From the NCBI GenBank assembly GCA_021802085.1, contig JAKAAZ010000001.1, forward strand, positions 1-50,705: a DNA stretch of 50,705 nt, in the 5' to 3' direction. A program made the translations under genes and the position numbers. The number at the start of each line of letters is the position of its first letter. Positions within the stretch are counted from its first letter, which is position 1. A model generated the notes under the pieces. The model saw only the letters and a program-made list of their open reading frames with translations, had not been told where the DNA came from and did not search any database. Positions 17,570 through 25,745 of this stretch are shown one piece after another. This DNA is from Acidobacteriota bacterium. GTDB taxonomy: Bacteria > Acidobacteriota > Terriglobia > Terriglobales > Acidobacteriaceae.

Positions 17570-17869
17570 ATGAATATGAAATGTGCCAATAAGGATTGCA
17601 CCGCAGAATTGAAGTATCTGCGCGGCGGTCATCTGTTTTTCATGGAACGCCAGTCGAACCTGACGAGTATGGGTGGGTACGATACCCCGCGGATCGAGAA
17701 GCCGGTGACCATGCGGCGGTATTTCTGGTTGTGCGAACGCTGCGCGCAGGTCTATACGATCCGTCGCTGGACGGAGAATGGAATCGAACTGACCGCTCGC
17801 TCCAAGCCGGTTCACGTCGCCACTGCGGTATCCCCGCTCGACTGGAACCTGCCGGGCCTGGTCGGTTAG
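17570..17869 (+). CDS. Small zinc-ribbon-like hypothetical protein
   Basis: About 99 aa from MNMKC. Two CxxC pairs (CANKDC ... FWLCERC). The sequence is more protein-like than the antisense 203-aa ORF 17297-17908. Confidence 0.55.
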   Translation: MNMKCANKDCTAELKYLRGGHLFFMERQSNLTSMGGYDTPRIEKPVTMRRYFWLCERCAQVYTIRRWTENGIELTARSKPVHVATAVSPLDWNLPGLVG

Positions 17870-17904
17870 GAAATCTCCGCTTTCAGCGCAACGGATCTTC
17901 CGCA

Positions 17905-18723
17905 TCAATTTTCAGGATTTTTCCAGGTTTCTTCCGAGACTGGCGCTTGCGTCCGTCTCGCCTGCTTGCCAGCGTTCCAGGCTTTCACATATTTCCAGTG
18001 GACGTAGACGGAGTGGTTGAAGTGCAGCACCAGTCCCTCTGGCCCATCGAGAAATCCAAGCCGGAAGATGTAGTTCTTGAGGAACGTGGCGATCGGATTC
18101 AGGAACACATTCCAGGCGAACGCTCCGACGGTGGAACTTGTTTTACCCTTCTCGAAAAGTTCCCGTGTGCTGTGGGAGCTGTACCGATTCATGTGCTCCA
18201 GGTAAAGTTCGAGCTTCGGATACGCATAGTGCAGCAGGTCGTTTTTTAAGGTCCCTTTCGCGCCGGCATACTCGGGAGTTCCATGGGGTTCCGCGCCTGC
18301 CATACGTGCCGTGCCGCGCTTGAACAGACGCAGTTTGCGGTCTGGATAGAAGCCGCCATGGCGAATCCATCGACCTAGAAAAAGATTCAGTCGCGGCTGC
18401 CAGTAGGCTTCATAGCGTGGATTTTCCAGCACCTGCTGGATTTCTTTCGCCAACTCCGGCGGGATCACTTCATCGGCATCCAGCAGATAGATCCAGTCGC
18501 TGGTGCAGGCGTCGATGGCAAGGCTCTTTTGCGCGTTGAACCCGCGAAAATCCCGGTTGAAAGAATGCTTGGCGCCGTAGGAGCGGGCAATCTCCGGAGT
18601 GCGATCGACAGATCCCGAATCGACAATGACAATTTGATCCACCCAGCGAATGCTATCGAGCGTCCGGGGCAGGTTCGCCTCTTCATTGCGGGCGATCATG
18701 GCGACGGAAAGTGTGGCGCGCAT
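17905..18723 (-). CDS. Glycosyltransferase family 2
   Basis: 272 aa. VAMIARNEE...IVIVDSGSVDRT and DxD-like LLDADE motifs. Confidence 0.85.
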   Translation of the reverse strand: MRATLSVAMIARNEEANLPRTLDSIRWVDQIVIVDSGSVDRTPEIARSYGAKHSFNRDFRGFNAQKSLAIDACTSDWIYLLDADEVIPPELAKEIQQVLENPRYEAYWQPRLNLFLGRWIRHGGFYPDRKLRLFKRGTARMAGAEPHGTPEYAGAKGTLKNDLLHYAYPKLELYLEHMNRYSSHSTRELFEKGKTSSTVGAFAWNVFLNPIATFLKNYIFRLGFLDGPEGLVLHFNHSVYVHWKYVKAWNAGKQARRTQAPVSEETWKNPEN

Positions 18724-19883
18724 AGGGATGAGTGTAGAGCATTTTCCTCATCTGAGGCGATCGCGTGTGCCGCGTTAAACTTCGCGGAAAGCGGGAGAGA
18801 GAGAGTCTCCCATTGTGCATTCGCCATCAGGGAGTACGTGGCGATCTGCTGGGCGTATGTTTCCGCGACGTTCCTTCCCGCATAGAAATCGCGGTACCAG
18901 TCCGCCGTCATTTCCAGAGCAGCGGAAAGATCGAGGACCGGGAGCCATGACAATTCCACTGCCGCCTTGGAACAGTCCAGCGTGAGCATCTGGGTCTCTT
19001 GCGGATAATAGCCGCCTTGCAGGTCCCATTTCGCTTCCGCGCCCCATGCCGCGGCAAGTTTCTCGACGATCCACTGGACTGGCCGGACATCGGCGGGATC
19101 GGGCCCAAAGTTCCAAGCGCCGGCATACCGACCGGCATCTTCGTAGAGGCCCTGCGCCAGCAGCATGTAACCGCGCAAGACTTCCAGTACATACTGCCAG
19201 GGGCGCTTTGCCTGTGGATTGCGAAGCATGACGGGCCGGCCAGCCGCAAAGCTCCGCATCATGTCTGGGACCAGCCGGTCTTTCGCCCAGTCGCCGCCGC
19301 CGACCATATTTCCGGCCCTCGCTGAAGCCACGCCGATTGGATGGCCGCCGCCGACGGCAAAAAATGAATCGCGAAAAGAGCGGACGACCATCTCCATGCA
19401 AGCCTTGCTGCTACTGTATGGATCGCTGCCTCCCAGTGGATCGATTTCCCGATAGGCCCAATCCCAGTCTCTATTTTCATAGCACTTGTCTGTCGTCACC
19501 ACGACGACGGCGCGCACCGGCTTGCATTGGCGAACGGCTTCCAGAAGGGTCGCCGTCCCGATGACATTCGCTTTGTAGGTTGCGATGGGGTCCTGAAATG
19601 CCTGCCGTACCAACGGTTGGGCGGCCATGTGGATAACAATTTCAGGCTGGGTAGCGTCCAGCGCTTGATGCAGCTTTTGAAAATCGCAAATATCGCCTTG
19701 AAACGATTGCATGGGGACGGCGAACTTTGCTTCCTGAAACGAAGCCGGCGAGGAGGTGGAGTAGCCAAATACCTCCGACCCCAGAGACTGGAGCCATATC
19801 GACAGCCAGACGCCTTTGAAGCCAGTATGCCCGGTAATGAAAACGCGCTTATCGCGCCAAAATGTATCCGCCAATGCGGCCAT
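18696..19883 (-). CDS. rfbG: CDP-glucose 4,6-dehydratase
   Basis: FITGHTGFKGVWL Rossmann motif and YSSSK catalytic YxxxK. Likely start is the ATG at 19883 (the ORF track extends to 19952). 28-nt overlap with the GT2 gene. Confidence 0.85.
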   Translation of the reverse strand: MAALADTFWRDKRVFITGHTGFKGVWLSIWLQSLGSEVFGYSTSSPASFQEAKFAVPMQSFQGDICDFQKLHQALDATQPEIVIHMAAQPLVRQAFQDPIATYKANVIGTATLLEAVRQCKPVRAVVVVTTDKCYENRDWDWAYREIDPLGGSDPYSSSKACMEMVVRSFRDSFFAVGGGHPIGVASARAGNMVGGGDWAKDRLVPDMMRSFAAGRPVMLRNPQAKRPWQYVLEVLRGYMLLAQGLYEDAGRYAGAWNFGPDPADVRPVQWIVEKLAAAWGAEAKWDLQGGYYPQETQMLTLDCSKAAVELSWLPVLDLSAALEMTADWYRDFYAGRNVAETYAQQIATYSLMANAQWETLSLPLSAKFNAAHAIASDEENALHSSLCAPHFPSP

Positions 19884-20110
19884 GTTGCAATGCCTTTCCA
19901 TCGCCAGATCTGAACCAGCGTGTTGTCCAGCAGTGTATTCCACGAAGATCAAAACATGCGATGTTCATGATCCATTCGATCGCACCGTCGTAACTCTTCG
20001 CGGCGGTAGCAGGGAATGTACCGGTCCATTTATTTTACGATCGTAACGCAGACCGCCAGCAACGAGTCGAACTCGTCATGCGTCTGAAGGACGGCGCGAT
20101 CGCTTACGTG

Positions 20111-20575
20111 TCAGCGTGATTCAAGCGCGCGAATCACCTTGAGCGCGTTCGCCAGCGCGGTCCCTCCAACTTCTTGTTCGAACCCGTGCTGCATCTTGTC
20201 AAACGCTGCAATCACCCGCAGCGCGCACTTCTTGCCAGGCGGTTTCAGCGTCAGCAGATATCCCCGGGCATCGGATGGATCGATCTTCCGTTGCAAGAGG
20301 CTTTTCGCTTCCAGCGAAGAAATGGCATGGCTGATATTCCCGCGCGTGGTGGCGAAGGTCTCGGCGAGATGAGACGGCTTGATTGGGCGTGGCGCTTCGA
20401 AGAAGATGGCCGCGAGAACCAGGCCTTCCATGAACCCGAGGTCATCTGCGGCGAAGGCCTCGGCTGCGACTGCGTCGAAGTGCCGTGCCGCACGTTTCAC
20501 CGTGAACATGGGACTCTCGCGAAGGAAGGCTTCAATACGCATAATCTGACAGATATAGTTTACTAAATCAATCAT
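20111..20575 (-). CDS. MarR family transcriptional regulator
   Basis: Winged-HTH core (PSHLAETFATTRGNISHAISSLEAKSLLQRKIDPSDARGYLLTLK). Alternative start at 20542. Confidence 0.8.
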   Translation of the reverse strand: MIDLVNYICQIMRIEAFLRESPMFTVKRAARHFDAVAAEAFAADDLGFMEGLVLAAIFFEAPRPIKPSHLAETFATTRGNISHAISSLEAKSLLQRKIDPSDARGYLLTLKPPGKKCALRVIAAFDKMQHGFEQEVGGTALANALKVIRALESR

Positions 20576-20787
20576 TTAGGACAAGACAAAAGTATCGTTG
20601 CATCACTCCCTGGATTCCTCCATGATTGCTCAGAGGTTTCCTTCGTGGTCGATTACACCCTGCATCGCCTTCCTTTCTTTGAACTCGTCTACGAATCCGA
20701 TCCTGGTCATCGCGAACGCCAAGAGAGCATGGATATACGGGAGTGCGTCGCGCGGGACCGGACGATGCTGACGGAGATCCGAGTTTG

Positions 20788-22647
20788 ATGGGCTCACGCT
20801 GCCTTGCCGCAATTCTCGCTGGCGTGAGTACGCTTTGTGCCTTTGCGCAGCAAAGCTCGCAACCGCCCGCCAGCGCGTCCAGCACACCCCATGCTGCCTT
20901 CGCGGCCAGGAAGAAACTGGCGACAGTTCGAACCACGGTTACGGTCCTGGGCGCGCCCGATCCCGTGTCGCTGGGCGAGTCGGCTCGCTCTGTGGTGGTG
21001 ATGGATACACAAGAGCACCCGCTGGCATTCAATACCGTGGAGGATTATTTGCGCACGGACTCCTCGGTGCAAATCAGCCAGCGCGGGGCCGGCGGCTATC
21101 CTGCGGATTTGTCAATTCGGGGAACATCGTTTGAGCAGACGTTGGTTTTGCTTGACGGCTTTCGCGTGAACGATCCGGAAACGGCGCATAACAATCTCGA
21201 TCTGCCGGTACCGCTGGATACCATGACGAACATCGAGGTACTGCACGGGGCAGGTTCGACGTTGTATGGCGCGGATGCACTGGGCGGCGTGGCGGATTTT
21301 CTAACCGCTCGTCCCGCGGCGAGTTCGCTATGGGTTTCCGGCGGCGCCGGCAGCTTTGGAGAAAATCAGCAGTCCTTCGTGGGCAACTATGCCCATCGTA
21401 ACTGGTCGGAGCAGGTGGCCGGGCATCGCGATTTTTCCTCCGGGTTTATGTACGATCGCGATTATCGCAACGAGAACGCCAGCGTGGAATCGTGGATCAC
21501 TTCGCCGGTTGGAACTACGGACATTCTGCTGGGCGGAAGCGATACGCCGTTCGGCGCGAACAATTTCTATGGCAACTATCCGTCGTGGGAACGGACGAAG
21601 GGATGGTTTGCCTCGATCCATCAGGAACTGGGAGCGCAGACGGATGGTGGGTTCGCCTATCGCCGCCACACGGATAACTACGTCCTGTTCCGCAATGACC
21701 CTGCAATCTACGCGAACAACCATATCGATGGCAGCTGGCAGGCGATCCTGCGCCGCAAGACGGTGTGGAACGGCGCCAACGGCCTCTACTATGGACTCGA
21801 CTTCGACGGAGATTCCATCCATAGCAACAACCTGGGCCAGCACGCGCGCAATTGGGGCTCGGGATATGTCGACTTCGATCTTCGGTCGTGGAAGCGGGCC
21901 ACGTTGTCTGTTGGCGCGCGCGAGGAAATCATCAGCGGCGGGTATGACGTCTTCAGTCCGGAAGCAGCGGCGTCCTACTGGATTCGTCCTGCGCTGAAGG
22001 CGCGTGCCTCGGCGGGTTACGGATTTCGCCTGCCTACCTATACGGACCTGTATTACAGCGACCCATCGACTGTGGGCAATTCGAAACTGAAGCCGGAGTC
22101 GGCATGGAGTTATGAAGGCGGATTCGACTGGTATCCACGCAGATCTCTGGCTGTCTCGGTGACGGGATTTTATTCGCCGCAGACCAACTTTATCGACTAC
22201 GTTCGGACTTCTCCGACCGCCAAGTGGCACGCGACGAATTTGAATCTATTCGCGTTTGCCGGAACAGAAGCTTCGATGAGTTGGCAAGTCAACCATAGCC
22301 AGCAGGTCAACCTTTCCTGGACCTGGCTGGATGGAGTGCAAAGCGTCCTGAACGGCTTGCAGTCGGAATATGTATTCAACTACCCGGTCCACAATGCCGT
22401 GTTCAACTGGTATGCCAGTGTTGGACGCTGGGCGATGATCAATACGCGAGTGGGAGTGCAGCAACGATTTCAGCAAACGGCGTATCCAGTATGGGACGTC
22501 TCTGTGGTGCATGAGTATGGACGGTTGCAGCCATTTCTACAGATGACAAACCTCAGCAATACCGGCTACGACGAGATCGTAGGAGTTCCGATGCCGGGCC
22601 GCGCCTTCCTGGGAGGCGTAAGAATCTGGATATTTGGAGCGCATTAG
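20788..22647 (+). CDS. TonB-dependent outer-membrane receptor (BtuB-sized)
   Basis: Signal peptide MGSRCLAAILAGVSTLCAFAQQ. Plug motifs (IRGTSFEQTLVLLDG, IEVLHGAGSTLYGADALGGV). About 600-aa barrel. The ORF track start 20743 is probably too early. Confidence 0.85.
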   Translation: MGSRCLAAILAGVSTLCAFAQQSSQPPASASSTPHAAFAARKKLATVRTTVTVLGAPDPVSLGESARSVVVMDTQEHPLAFNTVEDYLRTDSSVQISQRGAGGYPADLSIRGTSFEQTLVLLDGFRVNDPETAHNNLDLPVPLDTMTNIEVLHGAGSTLYGADALGGVADFLTARPAASSLWVSGGAGSFGENQQSFVGNYAHRNWSEQVAGHRDFSSGFMYDRDYRNENASVESWITSPVGTTDILLGGSDTPFGANNFYGNYPSWERTKGWFASIHQELGAQTDGGFAYRRHTDNYVLFRNDPAIYANNHIDGSWQAILRRKTVWNGANGLYYGLDFDGDSIHSNNLGQHARNWGSGYVDFDLRSWKRATLSVGAREEIISGGYDVFSPEAAASYWIRPALKARASAGYGFRLPTYTDLYYSDPSTVGNSKLKPESAWSYEGGFDWYPRRSLAVSVTGFYSPQTNFIDYVRTSPTAKWHATNLNLFAFAGTEASMSWQVNHSQQVNLSWTWLDGVQSVLNGLQSEYVFNYPVHNAVFNWYASVGRWAMINTRVGVQQRFQQTAYPVWDVSVVHEYGRLQPFLQMTNLSNTGYDEIVGVPMPGRAFLGGVRIWIFGAH

Positions 22648-22772
22648 CGGCGCCGATTCCTCCATGGAAATGCCGGGCGCCTGGCTGAACTTGGACGGAT
22701 TGCGTAGCGATCGATTTCTGTGGTGAAGCCCTCAAAGTGTAAGAATGGATGGACTGGATGAAAAAATAATTC

Positions 22773-23870
22773 TTGGGTGGAACCTTGAAGAAGAAAGCAT
22801 TGATCTCTGGAATAACCGGGCAGGACGGGGCCTATCTGGCCGAATTTCTGTTGAAAAAGGGCTACGAAGTCCACGGCATCAAGCGGCGCACATCGTTGTT
22901 CAATACCGATCGCATCGATCATCTGTACGAAGATCCGCACGTGCAGCAGCGGAATTTCATCCTGCATTATGGCGATCTTACGGATTCTTCGAGCCTGGTT
23001 CATATTGTGCAGAAAGTGCAGCCGGATGAGGTCTATAACCTGGGCGCGCAGAGCCATGTGGCGGTTTCCTTTGAGCAGCCGGAATACACCGCCGAGGTCG
23101 ATGCGATGGGTACCCTCCGGCTCCTCGAAGCCATCCGCATCCTGGGATTGGAGCAGAAGACACGCTTCTACCAGGCATCGACTTCGGAACTCTACGGGCT
23201 GGTGCAACAGATTCCGCAAACGGAGAAGACGCCCTTTTATCCGCGCTCTCCCTACGCGGTCGCCAAGCTCTATGCCTACTGGATCACGGTCAACTATCGC
23301 GAGTCCTACGGCATGTATGCCTGCAACGGAATCCTGTTCAACCATGAGTCGCCGACCCGGGGCGAGACTTTTGTCACGCGCAAAATAACGCGCGCTCTGG
23401 CTCGCATCAAAGTCGGCCTGCAGGATTGCCTGTATCTCGGCAACATGAACGCGCTTCGAGACTGGGGCCATGCGCGGGACTACGTAGAGGTGCAGTGGTT
23501 GATCCTGCAGCAGGAAAAGCCGGAGGATTTTGTCATCGCCACCGGCGAGCAACACAGCGTGCGAGAGTTCGTGTCGATTGCCGCTGCGGAGCTGGGATGG
23601 GATCTCGCTTGGACCGGCAGCGGCATCGATGAAAAAGCGCTGGATGATTCGGGCCAGGTGATTGTCGCCGTGGACCCGCACTATTTTCGTCCATCCGAAG
23701 TGGAAACGCTGTTGGGCGACGCCACCCACGCCCAGAATCGCCTGGGCTGGAAGCCGCGTGTCCAGTTTGAGGAGCTAGTCCGGGAAATGGTGCAGTCGGA
23801 TCTAGAGGAAGCGAAACGCGATGCGCTGGTGCGCGAGCATGGATTCCGCTCGTATGAGCGCAAGGAATAA
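22773..23870 (+). CDS. gmd: GDP-mannose 4,6-dehydratase
   Basis: 365 aa. [12 protein letters not shown] Rossmann motif. SPYAVAKLY catalytic Yxxx[11 protein letters not shown]. Start is TTG at 22773 or 22785. Confidence 0.95.
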   Translation: MGGTLKKKALISGITGQDGAYLAEFLLKKGYEVHGIKRRTSLFNTDRIDHLYEDPHVQQRNFILHYGDLTDSSSLVHIVQKVQPDEVYNLGAQSHVAVSFEQPEYTAEVDAMGTLRLLEAIRILGLEQKTRFYQASTSELYGLVQQIPQTEKTPFYPRSPYAVAKLYAYWITVNYRESYGMYACNGILFNHESPTRGETFVTRKITRALARIKVGLQDCLYLGNMNALRDWGHARDYVEVQWLILQQEKPEDFVIATGEQHSVREFVSIAAAELGWDLAWTGSGIDEKALDDSGQVIVAVDPHYFRPSEVETLLGDATHAQNRLGWKPRVQFEELVREMVQSDLEEAKRDALVREHGFRSYERKE

Positions 23871-24188
23871 ATCCCAAATCTTTCCACGTGTGCACTTTTG
23901 CTCAGACTTAAGAGCGGGTACCTGTCACTCTTGAATCGGCTGGGTGTGCCTGGACGGCAGGGGCGGCGGGTTCTACGGCCTCCATGCTTCAGGTTGCCGC
24001 AGGTAATTTCTTCAACGATTTCCAGCGACGCGACCCCATTCATCCAATCTGCGTTCTTATTTCCGTGTGTCGCTGCGGAACGGACGCAGAAAACGTTTCC
24101 ATCTGCGGGGCCTCGATGCGGAGGTCAGGTCCACACCTCATTCGCGCAGGAGAGGTGTTGGTCGGAGAGAAGAGAAAGGTCGAAAGTC

Positions 24189-24383
24189 ATGCCGCTAATA
24201 CAGCTTCTGGAAGTCCTGATCGTGGTGGGCGTTCTCCTGTGGTTGGTCAATCGCTTCATTCCAATGCAGTCAACCATCAAGTCAATATTGAATGGCATTG
24301 TGATCATTGCTGTCGTTTTGTGGCTTCTGAATGTCTTCGGGCTGTTTCACTCCCTTTCCAGTATCCATGTCGGAAAAGGATGA
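24189..24383 (+). CDS. Small (64 aa) two-helix hydrophobic membrane protein
   Basis: MPLIQLLEVLIVVGVLLWLVNRF...IVIIAVVLWLLNVFGLF. A purine-rich stretch (GAGAAGAGAAAGG) precedes the ATG. Confidence 0.55.
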   Translation: MPLIQLLEVLIVVGVLLWLVNRFIPMQSTIKSILNGIVIIAVVLWLLNVFGLFHSLSSIHVGKG

Positions 24384-24522
24384 GGTGCGGGGATACCCAC
24401 GCCAGCTCGGATTTTCCGTCGCGATGACAGCGCTTGGGGGCAGGCTCCGTTATTGGAAGTTCCTGCTGGCTGCGGCCACCCGCTATCGCTAGAGTGGCGG
24501 GGCTGGATCGGCGAAATCGTGA

Positions 24523-25518
24523 TCAAAGCTTGGGTGCGCAGGTAGATTCGCGCAGGACGAATCGTGTTTTGTACTCATACTGCGTCTTGTTCTCAGCATT
24601 CTCAATCTCCTCCAGCAGTGCCCGGAAAGCCAGGCCTGCAATTTCACTGGGGGAGAATCGAATCGTGGTTAACGATGGCTGGGTGAAGCGGCACATGGTC
24701 AGGTCATCGAACCCGATCAGAGCAATATCCCTTCCAGCTTGCAGACCCTTGCTGTTCAAAGTTTTCAAGGCTCCGATCGCTGAAACATCGTTGCAGCATA
24801 GGACTGCACTTGGAGGCTTGGGCAGGTTCAACAGGCTGGCCATGCCGAGCGCGCCGCCATCCCAGGTGTGATCGAATTCCGCTACCAGTTCCTTGTCGAA
24901 CGCCATTCCCGCACTTTTCATCGCCTTGCGAAAGGCTTCAAAGCGGGTGAGCATGCTGCTCCAACTGAGCTGGCCGCTGAGATATCCGATGCGTTGATGA
25001 CCATAATCCGCCAGATGCTTCACCGCGTCGCGCATACCCGTCAGATAATTCATGCGGATGTTCCTGGAATTTTTCAGGACATTGTCGGCACCGGCATAGA
25101 CCATGGGAACGTCGATGGCGCAGTTCTGGAGATATTGCTCCATGCCGAAGGTAAGGACGGCGATTCCTTCCACCTGCCGTTCCTGCATGCGGGTCGCGCA
25201 GATGGCGACATGGTCGGGACGAACTTCGGTATCGGTGAAACCGATCAGGACCTCATGGCCGCTTTCGACAGCGGCTCTTTCAAAATAGAGAATGATCTCG
25301 GAGAAAAAGGGATTGCCGCCGCTCAACTCCGATACGATCAGGCCGACGGTGTGACTTCTGCCGCGCGCCAGGGCGCGAGCCTGAAAATTCGGCCGGTAGC
25401 CAACCTCTTCAATGACGGCCTGAACGCGTCGAACGAGTCTGGGGTCGACCGTTTCGACGTTATTGATCACCCTGGAGATAGTGGAATGAGAGACCCGCGC
25501 GCGGCGGGCAATGTCCAT
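24523..25518 (-). CDS. LacI family transcriptional regulator
   Basis: HTH MDIARRARVSHSTISRVINN plus a periplasmic-binding-fold sugar domain. The start at 25518 removes the non-homologous 38-aa extension in the ORF track. Confidence 0.9.
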   Translation of the reverse strand: MDIARRARVSHSTISRVINNVETVDPRLVRRVQAVIEEVGYRPNFQARALARGRSHTVGLIVSELSGGNPFFSEIILYFERAAVESGHEVLIGFTDTEVRPDHVAICATRMQERQVEGIAVLTFGMEQYLQNCAIDVPMVYAGADNVLKNSRNIRMNYLTGMRDAVKHLADYGHQRIGYLSGQLSWSSMLTRFEAFRKAMKSAGMAFDKELVAEFDHTWDGGALGMASLLNLPKPPSAVLCCNDVSAIGALKTLNSKGLQAGRDIALIGFDDLTMCRFTQPSLTTIRFSPSEIAGLAFRALLEEIENAENKTQYEYKTRFVLRESTCAPKL

Positions 25519-25537
25519 ATTCAAAGACTTTCCGACC

Positions 25538-25720
25538 GTAAAGCAGCAGTATCTTGAGGTTCGTTCAGATATATTCAATCTATTCAACCATCCAAGTTGG
25601 GGGCAACCCGGCAACACGAACGATAGCACCAATGCGGGCTTGATAACTTCCTACTTGGGTCTTCAAAACAATACGCCCGACGCCAGGTTCTTCCAGCTAT
25701 CCGCGAAGTATGTTTTCTAG
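25538..25720 (+). pseudogene. C-terminal remnant (~55 codons) of a TonB-dependent receptor
   Basis: LEVRSDIFNLFNHPSWGQPGN...ARFFQLSAKYVF* has the FNLFNH motif and terminal aromatic residue typical of acidobacterial TonB-dependent receptor C-termini. No upstream barrel or plug is present. Confidence 0.6.
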
Positions 25721-25745
25721 ATCGTGCCGCCTCGCAATTTACTGA

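Noticed and set aside
17297-17908. 203-aa minus-strand ORF covering the HAD-GT2 gap
   Set aside because: The sequence is not protein-like (R/H/P/S-rich with no motifs), and it overlaps the more plausible plus-strand zinc-ribbon ORF.
20576-20787. Cobalamin or TPP riboswitch upstream of the BtuB-sized TonB receptor
   Set aside because: I could find no B12-box (GCCACTG-like core) and no TPP CTGAGA...ACCTGA arrangement. This needs cmscan to be definitive.
22644-23729. 361-aa minus-strand ORF; similar cases at 28607-29800, 8745-9905, 14785-15798, 38905-39918, 16479-17291 and 30727-31539
   Set aside because: All are antisense shadows of strongly supported genes (gmd, lepA, ADOP, manC/PMM, lipA, HAD, skp) with no recognisable domains.
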